Below are positions 27,656 through 36,583 of a DNA stretch of 64,000 nucleotides, piece by piece. The stretch covers positions 96,001-160,000 of IMG/VR virus record IMGVR_UViG_3300033068_001989. One strand, 5' to 3'. The position numbers were made by a program, and so were the translations under genes. Source of the DNA: a virus (lineage: Duplodnaviria > Caudoviricetes). Below the pieces are notes generated by a model, which saw only the letters and a program-made list of their open reading frames with translations, did not search any database and was not told the origin of the DNA. Every line of letters begins with the position of its first letter. Within the stretch, counting starts at the first letter, position 1.

Positions 27656-28345
27656 TTAGTTTGCTGTTATTATTGTCAATTTTACAACCATGCTTGTTGG
27701 ATTGGTAAATATAAAACCACCATTAGCACTATTTGGTAAATCGTTATGATTATAGGTACTAAAAGGATCTATATCCCATCCCTTCCAATTATAGCCATTC
27801 TTTATTGCTCCTGTGAGTATCATAAAATCTCCCATAACATTTCGTTGCGAAGCTAGATAATCCCACAATAAAACTTTATCGTCATCATTAGCCTCTGGTA
27901 AATATTCGGCCTTTGCTATTAACATAGATATTTCACCATTGGTATTTGTGAATGATCCAGGATCAAGATTGAAAGAAGTTGTTGGGTTTATTATTATCGT
28001 TTGTTTTTGATAATTAGAAAAACTCTGCAACGGATGGAAAAAATCAGCAACATCAAGAAAGTCCAAAACTTGAGATTGGTAGACAACATCAAAAGATTCC
28101 TTTATAAATTTTACACCTACAGGTTCATTAAATCTTTGGAAGGTTGCTTCTATCGACTTAAATTGACTCTTTATTAATGCAATATTTTTATAATCCGTCT
28201 TAAAAGATCCTGTTGCACCGTTATCTGGGGATTGATTGGGACCTATTGGAAAATTTGAACCACCGCCTGATATCTCATTTCCACCAGGATATGCTGCAGA
28301 TCCTCCGTCGTAGTTATTTATGCTTGGAGCTTCTAAGTCTTTCAC
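27656..28345 (-). CDS. Hypothetical beta-rich protein (paralogue of neighbour), probable virion protein
   Basis: 229 aa; shares motif with 27169..27654; late operon. Confidence 0.5.
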   Translation of the reverse strand: MKDLEAPSINNYDGGSAAYPGGNEISGGGSNFPIGPNQSPDNGATGSFKTDYKNIALIKSQFKSIEATFQRFNEPVGVKFIKESFDVVYQSQVLDFLDVADFFHPLQSFSNYQKQTIIINPTTSFNLDPGSFTNTNGEISMLIAKAEYLPEANDDDKVLLWDYLASQRNVMGDFMILTGAIKNGYNWKGWDIDPFSTYNHNDLPNSANGGFIFTNPTSMVVKLTIITAN

Positions 28346-28359
28346 TATTATTTATTATT

Positions 28360-28971
28360 TTATCTTATCCTAGTAGGATCACTCTCAGGGGTTTCCGTAT
28401 ATACCAGATCCCTAAGATTTGTTATATTTTCTTTTGCTGGTGGATTTACCTCCACATTTACTTCCTCATAAATAGAATTATCAGGTTCAAGTTCCGCCGA
28501 TTCATCAGCAGGCAATTCGATAGAATCGATAGCTTCTGGTTTTATATAATCAACTAGGGATTTTATAAAACCTAATGATACAAGCGGAAGTATTGCTCCA
28601 CTTATTATAGATAGTATTCTTTTCTGATATATTGGATCATCATCAACCAAACCAAATAATTCTATCCACTGTTCAAAATTATTTAGATGTGTATATGCAT
28701 AAAAAGTATTACCCATTGCTTGAACCAGAGTTAATGTTATGAAAAGACACCATACTATAACCTTGTTCATTTTTTCAAGGACTATTAGAGAAGCAAGAGA
28801 TGCAGCTGCACCAATTTCAAACGCTAATGCTAACGATATAGCAAGCCAATCTGGATTTGATAATCTAAAAAAATCTATAACATGTATAGTTGATATAACT
28901 GAAACAATAAGATATAAAGCCACGAAAGTGGATATAACAAATCCATTTATCAATTTATTTTTATCTAACAT
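28360..28971 (-). CDS. Integral membrane protein (about 4 TM helices)
   Basis: Four hydrophobic segments followed by an acidic tail. Confidence 0.65.
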   Translation of the reverse strand: MLDKNKLINGFVISTFVALYLIVSVISTIHVIDFFRLSNPDWLAISLALAFEIGAAASLASLIVLEKMNKVIVWCLFITLTLVQAMGNTFYAYTHLNNFEQWIELFGLVDDDPIYQKRILSIISGAILPLVSLGFIKSLVDYIKPEAIDSIELPADESAELEPDNSIYEEVNVEVNPPAKENITNLRDLVYTETPESDPTRIR

Positions 28972-28975
28972 ATTT

Positions 28976-29215
28976 TTATTTTTCCAATTTTGATATTTCC
29001 TTATCTATTTCCTTCTGTCTATTAACATCCAGAATTTTTCTATCCGTAGATTGAATCATTCTTTTTTCGACTCTAAGCCCTTCCAATTTTATTTCTTTTT
29101 TTATATCTTTTTTCATAGATACAATAGCGGATCCATTTCCGCACGATTTAAAATAGATAAGCAATAAAATAATTATTATTATCTTATTTCCGTGTTCATT
29201 TAAAAATTTATTCAT
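28976..29215 (-). CDS. Small putative lipoprotein / membrane-anchored coiled coil
   Basis: KIIIIILLLIYFKSCG hydrophobic stretch ending in a lipobox-like Cys. Confidence 0.55.
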   Translation of the reverse strand: MNKFLNEHGNKIIIIILLLIYFKSCGNGSAIVSMKKDIKKEIKLEGLRVEKRMIQSTDRKILDVNRQKEIDKEISKLEK

Positions 29216-29242
29216 CTTTGTATTTTTTAAAAGTTTATTTCT

Positions 29243-29250
29243 TATATATC
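29243..29250 (-). promoter_or_regulatory. Putative late promoter GATATATA
   Basis: About 28 nt upstream of the lipoprotein ORF, just after a terminator. Confidence 0.65.
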
Positions 29251-29255
29251 CGAAA

Positions 29256-29307
29256 AAATAAACACAAAAAAAAAGCTAGACGAATCTAGCTTTTTTTGTG
29301 TTTATTT
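29256..29307. terminator. Extended (bidirectional) terminator hairpin, UUCG loop on minus strand
   Basis: AAATAAACAC-A9-GCTAGA-cgaa-TCTAGC-T7-GTGTTTATTT. Confidence 0.8.
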
Positions 29308-29310
29308 GAT

Positions 29311-29841
29311 TTATCCTAGAGATATACCTTGCATAGCAGCATTAAGTTGTGCCTCAATGTCCTTGATTTCCGAAGCATCTTTCTTAGCATCAGATAAAGC
29401 CTGATCAAAAGCCTTATACAAAGAGATAAATTCAGATGCACTAGCTAACCCAACACCTTTAGATTTAGAGATAAAATAATGACTAGCCTCTAAAGGTAGA
29501 GCACCAAGATAAATAACATCATCCTTGATACCTTCCTTCTCGATCTTAACTATCTCCTTGTTGATTTGAATAATACCTAAAGCTTCAGTAGAAGCCCATT
29601 CGGCTTTATTATTCACAAAATCTTTATATAGAGAGAAAATCTCTTTATTACAAGAAACAGCATAAACCTTCGTTCTAATCTCAGATTTTTTATTCTCTAG
29701 CTTTTCTGTTAATTCACTAATTAATGCATCGTCTAGTGTACTAACAAAATCGGTATCATTGAAATCTACTGAAGATGATGCATCCGGACCTACGTTTGTT
29801 GGCTCGATTTTTTCAGATTCTTTTTTAATGTTTTTTGACAT
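29311..29841 (-). CDS. Hypothetical protein
   Basis: 176-aa ORF with its own promoter motif and terminator. Confidence 0.6.
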   Translation of the reverse strand: MSKNIKKESEKIEPTNVGPDASSSVDFNDTDFVSTLDDALISELTEKLENKKSEIRTKVYAVSCNKEIFSLYKDFVNNKAEWASTEALGIIQINKEIVKIEKEGIKDDVIYLGALPLEASHYFISKSKGVGLASASEFISLYKAFDQALSDAKKDASEIKDIEAQLNAAMQGISLG

Positions 29842-29860
29842 AATATTATTTATATTTTAT

Positions 29861-29889
29861 ATTTTTAGTTTATTTTTATTTTTTGTTTC
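29861..29889 (-). promoter_or_regulatory. Putative ECF/middle-type promoter GAAAC-N17-TAAAAAT
   Basis: Recurring motif class. Confidence 0.5.
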
Positions 29890-30701
29890 TATGCTAGATC
29901 GAAAATATCAAGATTATTACATCTATTCTGATCTAAATATGCTCTCAAAGGATCTCTTAGATCTTTTGCTGGATATATTTTTGGTTCTGCGTCTGGTCCT
30001 ATGTGACATAGAAATCCGCTCTCAGTCTCTATTCCTAGTTCATCTTCCAATATTAATCTATATAGAGATATCTGTATAGAATATTCATTATGATGATTTT
30101 CATAAAATGAATTGAAAGGTCTAAGTAGCTTCTTATATTTCCCCTTCGGATGATTATCGTCCTTAAATTCACCATTTGTCTTCCAGTCACCAAGTATAAA
30201 AAGAACCTTATTTCTTTTAGAGTCCCAAAAAAGGAAAGGCTGATCTATAGTACCGGCTAATCTCCATTTTCTAGAAAAAATTCTAAGTTCCGATTTAAGT
30301 GGTACAAGAGAATGGAATTTTCTATTATATAGATCCATAAATTTATCAACTCTAGTTCTATATTCAGTACCTATCTCTGGTAATTCTGGATTCAGTCCGC
30401 TCCAAAAATCTTCTATAAATTTATGAACCTTAGTTCCAAGATCATTAGCAACGTCCCCCTTCTTCTTCCATTCCTCCAATATAACCGATTGATCAACTCC
30501 CTGGTCTCTAGCTTTCCTTTTTGACCAATATTCCTTATCAAATGGTGTTTTAAAATTCTTAATGTATGTAGTTACAGAATCAAATTTTACACCATTATAC
30601 CTATATACATGGCTGGGTTCGTCGAAATTAAAATTACGATCGTCAAAAAATCTTAGCTTTTCATTTATTTCTTTCTTTGCTCTCTCTATAGATTCTATCA
30701 T
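29889..30701 (-). CDS. PD-(D/E)XK exonuclease (lambda-exo/Cas4-like phage family)
   Basis: SVTT, GTKVH, LAGTID, DWKT, YSIQISLY motifs. Confidence 0.82.
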   Translation of the reverse strand: MIESIERAKKEINEKLRFFDDRNFNFDEPSHVYRYNGVKFDSVTTYIKNFKTPFDKEYWSKRKARDQGVDQSVILEEWKKKGDVANDLGTKVHKFIEDFWSGLNPELPEIGTEYRTRVDKFMDLYNRKFHSLVPLKSELRIFSRKWRLAGTIDQPFLFWDSKRNKVLFILGDWKTNGEFKDDNHPKGKYKKLLRPFNSFYENHHNEYSIQISLYRLILEDELGIETESGFLCHIGPDAEPKIYPAKDLRDPLRAYLDQNRCNNLDIFDLA

Positions 30702-31141
30702 TGAATAGGCAATATATTAGATATCCATTCCCATTTATATATAATAAATGATATTAATGAGATTTCAAAAATGAATCTAAATATCCAGAGCCAGCTAATT
30801 TCTCTAAATACAAACTGATAAACAACAAGATAAGATTCCTCATTAGTACCCTTAACTGGTTCTATCCATACAGTAAGTAATTCCTCAAGATTTAAAGATT
30901 TTAAGTACTCATTTATCGGTTTTATCTCATTCAGTACAAATGATGGCCTTGCTTCCTTTGGTAGATCATTCGACATCAAAACCTCGGGTGGCAAATTTAT
31001 AACAGTATACATTCTATTAAGATAATCTCTCCTTAAATTCCTCCTGCTCCATAGTGGAGAATTAAGCTCCTCCGCTTTTATCTGTTTGGTATATTCCCTA
31101 TATAGGGATATCTCCTTCAGTACTCTCGGTAATTTAAACAT
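30698..31141 (-). CDS. Hypothetical protein with C-terminal TM helix
   Basis: 147 aa; hydrophobic C-terminus WLWIFRFIFEISLISFII. Confidence 0.55.
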   Translation of the reverse strand: MFKLPRVLKEISLYREYTKQIKAEELNSPLWSRRNLRRDYLNRMYTVINLPPEVLMSNDLPKEARPSFVLNEIKPINEYLKSLNLEELLTVWIEPVKGTNEESYLVVYQFVFREISWLWIFRFIFEISLISFIIYKWEWISNILPIQ

Positions 31142-31153
31142 AATATTTTATTA

Positions 31154-31182
31154 TTTTATACAGCAAAAAGAATCAAAGTTTC
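31154..31182 (-). promoter_or_regulatory. Putative ECF/middle-type promoter GAAAC-N17-TATAAAA
   Basis: Recurring motif class. Confidence 0.6.
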
Positions 31183-31189
31183 TCTAAGT

Positions 31190-31840
31190 CTATTTCTTGC
31201 ATTTTCCTCTTCCTTTACCGGTAATAACCTCAACTGCTTCATTACCAATATTTTTTGTTATTTTACTTCTTGCTCTTCTTATTCTAGTAGCAACAGATCT
31301 TTTCTTAAGACCGTATTTCTCAGCGATATCCTTATATTTCATATTATTGATTTCCCTATCAATCATTATATTCTTATATAAGTCAGGTAGTCCCTCTATT
31401 TCACCAATAACCGATTCATAGATTTCCTCAAATCTGCTGGTTTCATTAAAGAATGAATTAGACTGATCCTCTTCCATGCTGTAGATACCACCGATATCAC
31501 CGATTTCATTATTGGAAGAAAAGAATTCCATTTCCAAACTTGTTCTCGCATTATATTTTTTTTCCTCCTTCATTAATAAAAGAGTTTCATTCCTTGCTAT
31601 ATTATAACACCAGGTAGAAAAATTACCTCTCTCCTCGTTATACTGCTCTATCTTCTGCCATATTTTTGACATGGTATTAAGAAAGGCATCCTCAGCTAAT
31701 GAAGGGTCTTTAACTATTAGAAAACAATGATTCAATATTCCGGGCTTTAATCTTTCAAATAGATTCTTAAATGACTTATCAGTTCTACACTTTATAAATT
31801 CCGATGCTAATTTTTGTATATTTTTTTCCTTCCCTTGCAT
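31190..31840 (-). CDS. ECF-type sigma-70 family RNA polymerase sigma factor
   Basis: Region 2 (AEDAFLNT...FSTWCYNIARN) and region 4 HTH (LPDLYK...MKYKDIAEKYGLKKRSVATRIRRAR). Confidence 0.88.
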   Translation of the reverse strand: MQGKEKNIQKLASEFIKCRTDKSFKNLFERLKPGILNHCFLIVKDPSLAEDAFLNTMSKIWQKIEQYNEERGNFSTWCYNIARNETLLLMKEEKKYNARTSLEMEFFSSNNEIGDIGGIYSMEEDQSNSFFNETSRFEEIYESVIGEIEGLPDLYKNIMIDREINNMKYKDIAEKYGLKKRSVATRIRRARSKITKNIGNEAVEVITGKGRGKCKK

Positions 31841-31841
31841 A

Positions 31842-32411
31842 TTATTGTTTTTTTCTTAAGATTTCTATCCCTGCCTCTGCAAGAAAAGCTATTGATTCTG
31901 GTTTTCTATAAATTTCTGAAAATACTACTCTTTTAATACCGGATTGTATTATTAATTTAGAGCATTCGTAACAAGGAGATAATGTTACATATAATGTTGA
32001 CCCATCAGAGCTCTGTGTTCCTCTAGCCAATTTTGTTATTGCATTAGCCTCAGCATGAAGAACATATGGCAGAGTAACGTCATCCTCTTCGCACACATTA
32101 GGAAATCCACTAGGAGATCCATTATATCCATCCGATATTATTGACTTATCCTTCACTATAAGTGAACCAACTTGCATTCTTTTACATCTAGAATTCTTTG
32201 ACCATACTTTGGCCATCTCCATGTATATCGAATCCTTCTGATGTTCTCTAGATTCACTATCAAGTTTAAAATCTGGATCTTCAGAATAAAAAACCTCGTA
32301 GGAGTCACATTCTCCAATTTTAGCTTTTTTAATTTTCCACGTGGGTTTTTTTAGAAATCCCTCATTTATAAACGAGGTATCACTATGAATTTCGAATTTC
32401 ATATGGTGCAT
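31842..32411 (-). CDS. dCMP deaminase
   Basis: SRCKRMQVG, GYNG, HAEANAI, LSPCYECSK zinc motifs. Confidence 0.9.
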   Translation of the reverse strand: MHHMKFEIHSDTSFINEGFLKKPTWKIKKAKIGECDSYEVFYSEDPDFKLDSESREHQKDSIYMEMAKVWSKNSRCKRMQVGSLIVKDKSIISDGYNGSPSGFPNVCEEDDVTLPYVLHAEANAITKLARGTQSSDGSTLYVTLSPCYECSKLIIQSGIKRVVFSEIYRKPESIAFLAEAGIEILRKKQ

Positions 32412-32424
32412 TTTTTATTACCTA

Positions 32425-32455
32425 CAAATATAAATAAAAAATACGGAATAAAAAA
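32425..32455 (-). promoter_or_regulatory. Putative early/host-sigma promoter (TTCCGTA-N9-TATATTTG)
   Basis: Near-identical to 13585-13615; lies upstream of the dCMP deaminase and ECF sigma genes. Confidence 0.65.
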
Positions 32456-32473
32456 ATAATTTTAGAATTATTT

Positions 32474-34012
32474 TTAAATCCTTCTTGAGTCTGGTCTTAA
32501 TGGCGAATCCATCGATGATACTCTTAAAGGTCCTTCCAATAAAGAACCGATCCTGCTGAGAGCTGATAGTATGTCATCAATATCTTTCTTAGTAATTTCT
32601 GCAGCGGAACTAGAAGCTGATTCGTTATTTACTGAACTTTTTTCAGTACTTGTCGTATCACTAGGAATTGGATTTGATGTTATATTTTGAGCGATTGCGC
32701 TAGGAGATTCCTTTGCTTCAGTATTGGTCACAGATTTTTGTACAGATTCGGCCTTAGGCTTGACAGAAGGTAAATTTGAAAGCTTTGGTAAATTCTTCTT
32801 TATGTCACCAAGTAATCCTTGTTTATCCGACAAATTCTTGGACCCATCCAGGTATGAGAGTCCTGATGCTATACCATTCTTAGCAACATCCGGAATATTA
32901 AGGTTTGCTTTACTTATTAGCATCTCTGCTGATCCTTTTAATGAACCAGTAAGCTTATCCTTTAATCCGCTATTCAGTAATCCAGAAGAACCAATTTTAC
33001 CAGCGGCATCTTTAATATTTTCCTTAGAAAATGTTCTAGAAAAAAGACCTGATTTTTTCTCAGCAAGCTCTGGACCCTGTTTTTTCTCTACCTCTGTAGA
33101 TTTTTTCTGTATACTCTCCTGTGTTGCTTTAATAGATTCGGAGCTACCTGGTATTTCTGGTTTAGGTGTCGGTTTACCTAGCTTTGCTATATCCTCCTTG
33201 GTGAACGTTCCCTGATTATCTTTATTCTTATAATTCTGTATATAATATTCAATCTCGGAAGCAAGCTCTTTAGGATCAGAATAGAAATCAGGATCCTCAG
33301 CTAAAAGTTCAACTTTCTTTGCAGAAATTTGTTCCTTTGTTGGGTATTTACCGCTATTTGTTTCTTTAATTCTATCCTTAACCGACGGTTGTTTACCAGA
33401 TAATATAGCTTCGGTCTTATCATTGGGTATTACTGTTGTATTCTTTGGGAGCTGTGCAATTTCTGGACCTCTCTCACCAACAAGATAACTACCAGGTGTC
33501 TTAACAACACCACCGCTTTCAAATGCTCCTAATATTCCTTTACCTATATTTCCAACTGATCCAGATATCAGATCTTTAATACCAGCTCCAGAAGTAAGAT
33601 TTTTTGTTATATTGCCAATATCTAAATTTTTAATATCAGCTATTCCTTTGAATGAATCGCTTAGACCTTTTTCGAGACCTTTAAAATCTAGACTTTTAAG
33701 ACCTTTTTCAAGACCTTTAAAATCTAGACTTTTAAGACCATTTTCAAGGCCTTTAAAGTCTAGCTTATCTATACCTTTCAATCCATCTTTAAGTCCCTTA
33801 AATTCATCCTTAAGACCCTTAAAATCCATGGATTTTAATCCATCAACGATCTTTGATACGTCTTTGGATTCTGATTGAGGCTTAGTCTCAACAGTATCGG
33901 CTTTAACAAGATCCTTATTTACCGTAGTATTCTTTTTTATCTCGCCGGAAAGCTTCTCTACATTTCTGCTAAGATCTAATAGTTGGGAAATAAGTTTTTG
34001 GTCAGTAGCCAT
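32474..34012 (-). CDS. Tape-measure / baseplate-hub-like tail protein
   Basis: FESGGVV...YLVGERGPE...VIPN motif typical of tape measure proteins; 11-aa amphipathic repeats; follows tube and chaperone genes. Confidence 0.6.
   Translation of the reverse strand: MATDQKLISQLLDLSRNVEKLSGEIKKNTTVNKDLVKADTVETKPQSESKDVSKIVDGLKSMDFKGLKDEFKGLKDGLKGIDKLDFKGLENGLKSLDFKGLEKGLKSLDFKGLEKGLSDSFKGIADIKNLDIGNITKNLTSGAGIKDLISGSVGNIGKGILGAFESGGVVKTPGSYLVGERGPEIAQLPKNTTVIPNDKTEAILSGKQPSVKDRIKETNSGKYPTKEQISAKKVELLAEDPDFYSDPKELASEIEYYIQNYKNKDNQGTFTKEDIAKLGKPTPKPEIPGSSESIKATQESIQKKSTEVEKKQGPELAEKKSGLFSRTFSKENIKDAAGKIGSSGLLNSGLKDKLTGSLKGSAEMLISKANLNIPDVAKNGIASGLSYLDGSKNLSDKQGLLGDIKKNLPKLSNLPSVKPKAESVQKSVTNTEAKESPSAIAQNITSNPIPSDTTSTEKSSVNNESASSSAAEITKKDIDDILSALSRIGSLLEGPLRVSSMDSPLRPDSRRI
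33660..33845 (-). repeat. 33-bp (11-aa) coding repeats LKSLDFKGLEK
   Basis: Three near-perfect DNA copies at about 33662-33763 plus degenerate copies. Confidence 0.8.
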
Positions 34013-34040
34013 GTTTTTTTTATTCTATATATTTTAAAAA

Positions 34041-34301
34041 TTACTTGGAAAAGTTAAATAACTGTTTAAGTCCTTCGCTCTCCTGATTTTCAAGATTTTC
34101 CGTTTCTATTTTTTTATTTAGATTAGCTAGGAATATCTGATATTCGTAATATGGAACATTCTCTATCCAGTTCATATCAAGATCATGCTCATAGAACAAT
34201 CTAAATTTAATATCCAAGTAATTCTCCAAAGATATCTGAAATAACGAAAAGAGATCTGAGCCCTGAGGGAAAGGCAATATCCGCAGTGACCTCCTTACCA
34301 C
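34041..34301 (-). CDS. Small baseplate hub assembly/tail chaperone (T4 gp51-like), start uncertain
   Basis: SLENYLDIKFRL...WIENVPYYEYQIF resembles gp51; overlaps the upstream ORF in the +1 frame; possible TTG start at 34229. Confidence 0.55.
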   Translation of the reverse strand: MVRRSLRILPFPQGSDLFSLFQISLENYLDIKFRLFYEHDLDMNWIENVPYYEYQIFLANLNKKIETENLENQESEGLKQLFNFSK

Positions 34302-35319
34302 AAACCGGACAAATCTGCTTTACATCAATTTCGGTACCAATCTTTATCTTTTCGGAGAGTCCGAAATATAAGCTATATTCTTCTTTCGACCAATAATCAG
34401 CTTCCCTCATTCTCATTAGTATCCTTTCGTTTGTTAATCCCCTCCATTCCTTAAGTATAAATGGTGCGATTTTAAGGAATCCCTCGTCTATGTCAATATT
34501 TCTAGATGAACAATAAATAACAAAATCACTGATAGCACGATTTATTCCTATCGTAGGAACCGACATCTCTATGGTCTTTCCGATTTTCTTAACCTCAAAA
34601 GTAAAACTTCTTGTTGAGTTATTATAATATTTAAGGATTTTAGGATCAAGTTCATATGATCTCAATGCTCCTGTTCTTAATTCCATGCCTCTAGAAAATG
34701 GACATTCAGCCTTGTCGTCACATTTAATTTTAGGCATAAGAATTATTGAATTCTCACCGCTTATGAATGTTAAATCCCTTATAGCCATAACAGCAAAAAA
34801 TCTATCCTCCTGTATTAGATCTTTAAAAGAAACAACACCTTCACCAGGGAAATCCATTCTAAGACATCTGTCTATAACATAACCTAGTTTTTCCTCTATA
34901 TCTAGTCTATCATCCTCGTCAATAGCAGAAAAATGTCTTATCTCCTTAACATCAGCTGCTCTTATAGCTATTTTTGCACCACTAGGATAGAACATACCTT
35001 TGGATGGCAATAGCTCAACAGGAAGATTCTTCCAACCAACATCAAACGACGGAGAATTGGTATAAGATTCTGCTTTACCTAATGAGGTAATAGGTTCATC
35101 CTTAATTTTTCCATCATTTATATTTCCAAGATTCATAGCAGGTCTAGGTTTTTCTAATGGTTGTTGTTCATTTACATCAACGACATCAGATTCACTTTTT
35201 AAAATAGTATCACTTGCTATTGGTGTAGGTTCAACTTCAATGGGATCATCATATACGATTCCACTTTGCTCCTCTCTCATCTTTAATATCTCCTCAGGGG
35301 ATATGTCTAAATTATTCAT
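34207..35319 (-). CDS. Baseplate hub / tail assembly chaperone (T4 gp26-like)
   Basis: LPSKGMFY, IRAADVKE, DRFF...IR, Cys pairs (C..ECP, CPVCG), located after the tube genes. Confidence 0.7.
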   Translation of the reverse strand: MNNLDISPEEILKMREEQSGIVYDDPIEVEPTPIASDTILKSESDVVDVNEQQPLEKPRPAMNLGNINDGKIKDEPITSLGKAESYTNSPSFDVGWKNLPVELLPSKGMFYPSGAKIAIRAADVKEIRHFSAIDEDDRLDIEEKLGYVIDRCLRMDFPGEGVVSFKDLIQEDRFFAVMAIRDLTFISGENSIILMPKIKCDDKAECPFSRGMELRTGALRSYELDPKILKYYNNSTRSFTFEVKKIGKTIEMSVPTIGINRAISDFVIYCSSRNIDIDEGFLKIAPFILKEWRGLTNERILMRMREADYWSKEEYSLYFGLSEKIKIGTEIDVKQICPVCGKEVTADIAFPSGLRSLFVISDIFGELLGY

Positions 35320-35349
35320 ATATAATTAATTTTATTCTATATAACATAC

Positions 35350-35379
35350 CACAAAAAAAAAGGTCAAAATCTGACCTTT
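35350..35379 (-). terminator. Intrinsic terminator after tail tube genes
   Basis: AAAGGTCA/TGACCTTT stem, U-tract, GTG. Confidence 0.75.
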
Positions 35380-35399
35380 ATTTTTTGAGTTTTTTATAG

Positions 35400-35975
35400 T
35401 TACATGAATAAATCCTCCCAGTAATCACAAACCCATGATGTTCTTATTGTATAGATAGCAGGTGTCTCATAATCAAGATCCATCGCATTTATAGGTTCGC
35501 TTATAAAGCATGAAGGTATTCTTATTCTTCTAAACACATCACCTTGTTTATTAAATATCGAAATAAGTATAGAACCAACATAATCATTTTTAAGTCCCAT
35601 CGCTCCAGTTAATGGATTATAAATTAAATCGGACCATTGTCTAAGTATTTTATATAGCTCCATCGAGTTTGAATTATTAAGATTTACTTCAAATTCCATA
35701 GAAAGGTTCATGTCACTTGTTTGTGGTTCACCACCAGCATATCTTCTGGTAGCAAATTTATAATTTTGATTGACTGTCTGAGCAGGTGCTATATCAACAG
35801 CTAATCCGGTTATTGATTTAACTTGTTGTGTTAATATACTTTCACCTTGGAAAGTAGTACTAGCAGAAACAATAGCAGACGGTGGGGTTATCAGTACTTC
35901 AAACTGATTAAGAAACACCGGCTCGTAATTATTTATACCTGCAAGCGAATTTGTAAAATGTGGTAATCCAGCCAT
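35400..35975 (-). CDS. gp19: Tail tube protein (gp19-like), paralogue 2
   Basis: EPVFLNQFEV, RRYAG, LRQWSDLIYNPLTG, DYW; downstream of sheath. Confidence 0.82.
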   Translation of the reverse strand: MAGLPHFTNSLAGINNYEPVFLNQFEVLITPPSAIVSASTTFQGESILTQQVKSITGLAVDIAPAQTVNQNYKFATRRYAGGEPQTSDMNLSMEFEVNLNNSNSMELYKILRQWSDLIYNPLTGAMGLKNDYVGSILISIFNKQGDVFRRIRIPSCFISEPINAMDLDYETPAIYTIRTSWVCDYWEDLFM

Positions 35976-35989
35976 TTATCTTTTTTATT

Positions 35990-36544
35990 TTATAGAAATA
36001 AATCGTCCCAATAATCAACAGCAAATACCATATCATCTATTTTATATAGATCAGTACTGGTATAGTTTAGATTCATCGGTGATATAGGTTTAGTTGGGAA
36101 TGTATCCTTACATGTTATTCTTCGATAAACATCACCAGCTTTATTGAAAACAGAGATGATTATAGTTCCAGTATAGTCATTTTTAAGACCCATTGCACCT
36201 GTTAATGGATTATAGATCAAATCCGACCATTGTCTTAATGTTTTAAAAACGTACATTGAATTTGAATCATTAAGATTGACACTAAAAGTTATGCTAAGAT
36301 CCATGAAAGTATTTTCAGGTTTAGATCCAGCATAATTTCTTTTAGCAAATTTATATTTTTGCTGAACTGTACCTGGGTTTTTATCCAAGGAAAGTCCATT
36401 AACTTTACTTACGTGTTGTAATAGTATATTTCCTCCAGCTATAGCAGCCGGAGGTATTATTGTTACCTCAAATTGGTTTAAGTAAACAGGTTCATACTTG
36501 TTTACTGCAGATAACGAATTTTGATAATGTGATAGTCCTGCCAT
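35990..36544 (-). CDS. gp19: Tail tube protein (gp19-like), paralogue 1
   Basis: EPVYLNQFEV, RNYAG, LRQWSDLIYNPLTG, DYW; immediately after sheath. Confidence 0.82.
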   Translation of the reverse strand: MAGLSHYQNSLSAVNKYEPVYLNQFEVTIIPPAAIAGGNILLQHVSKVNGLSLDKNPGTVQQKYKFAKRNYAGSKPENTFMDLSITFSVNLNDSNSMYVFKTLRQWSDLIYNPLTGAMGLKNDYTGTIIISVFNKAGDVYRRITCKDTFPTKPISPMNLNYTSTDLYKIDDMVFAVDYWDDLFL

Positions 36545-36583
36545 AATTACTTATATTTATCTTTGTTAGCTAAAAGAAGCAAA

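Noticed and set aside
29889-30701. Cas4-like nuclease as evidence of a CRISPR-Cas system
   Set aside because: No Fe-S cysteine cluster, no other cas genes and no array; this is a common stand-alone phage PD-(D/E)XK exonuclease.
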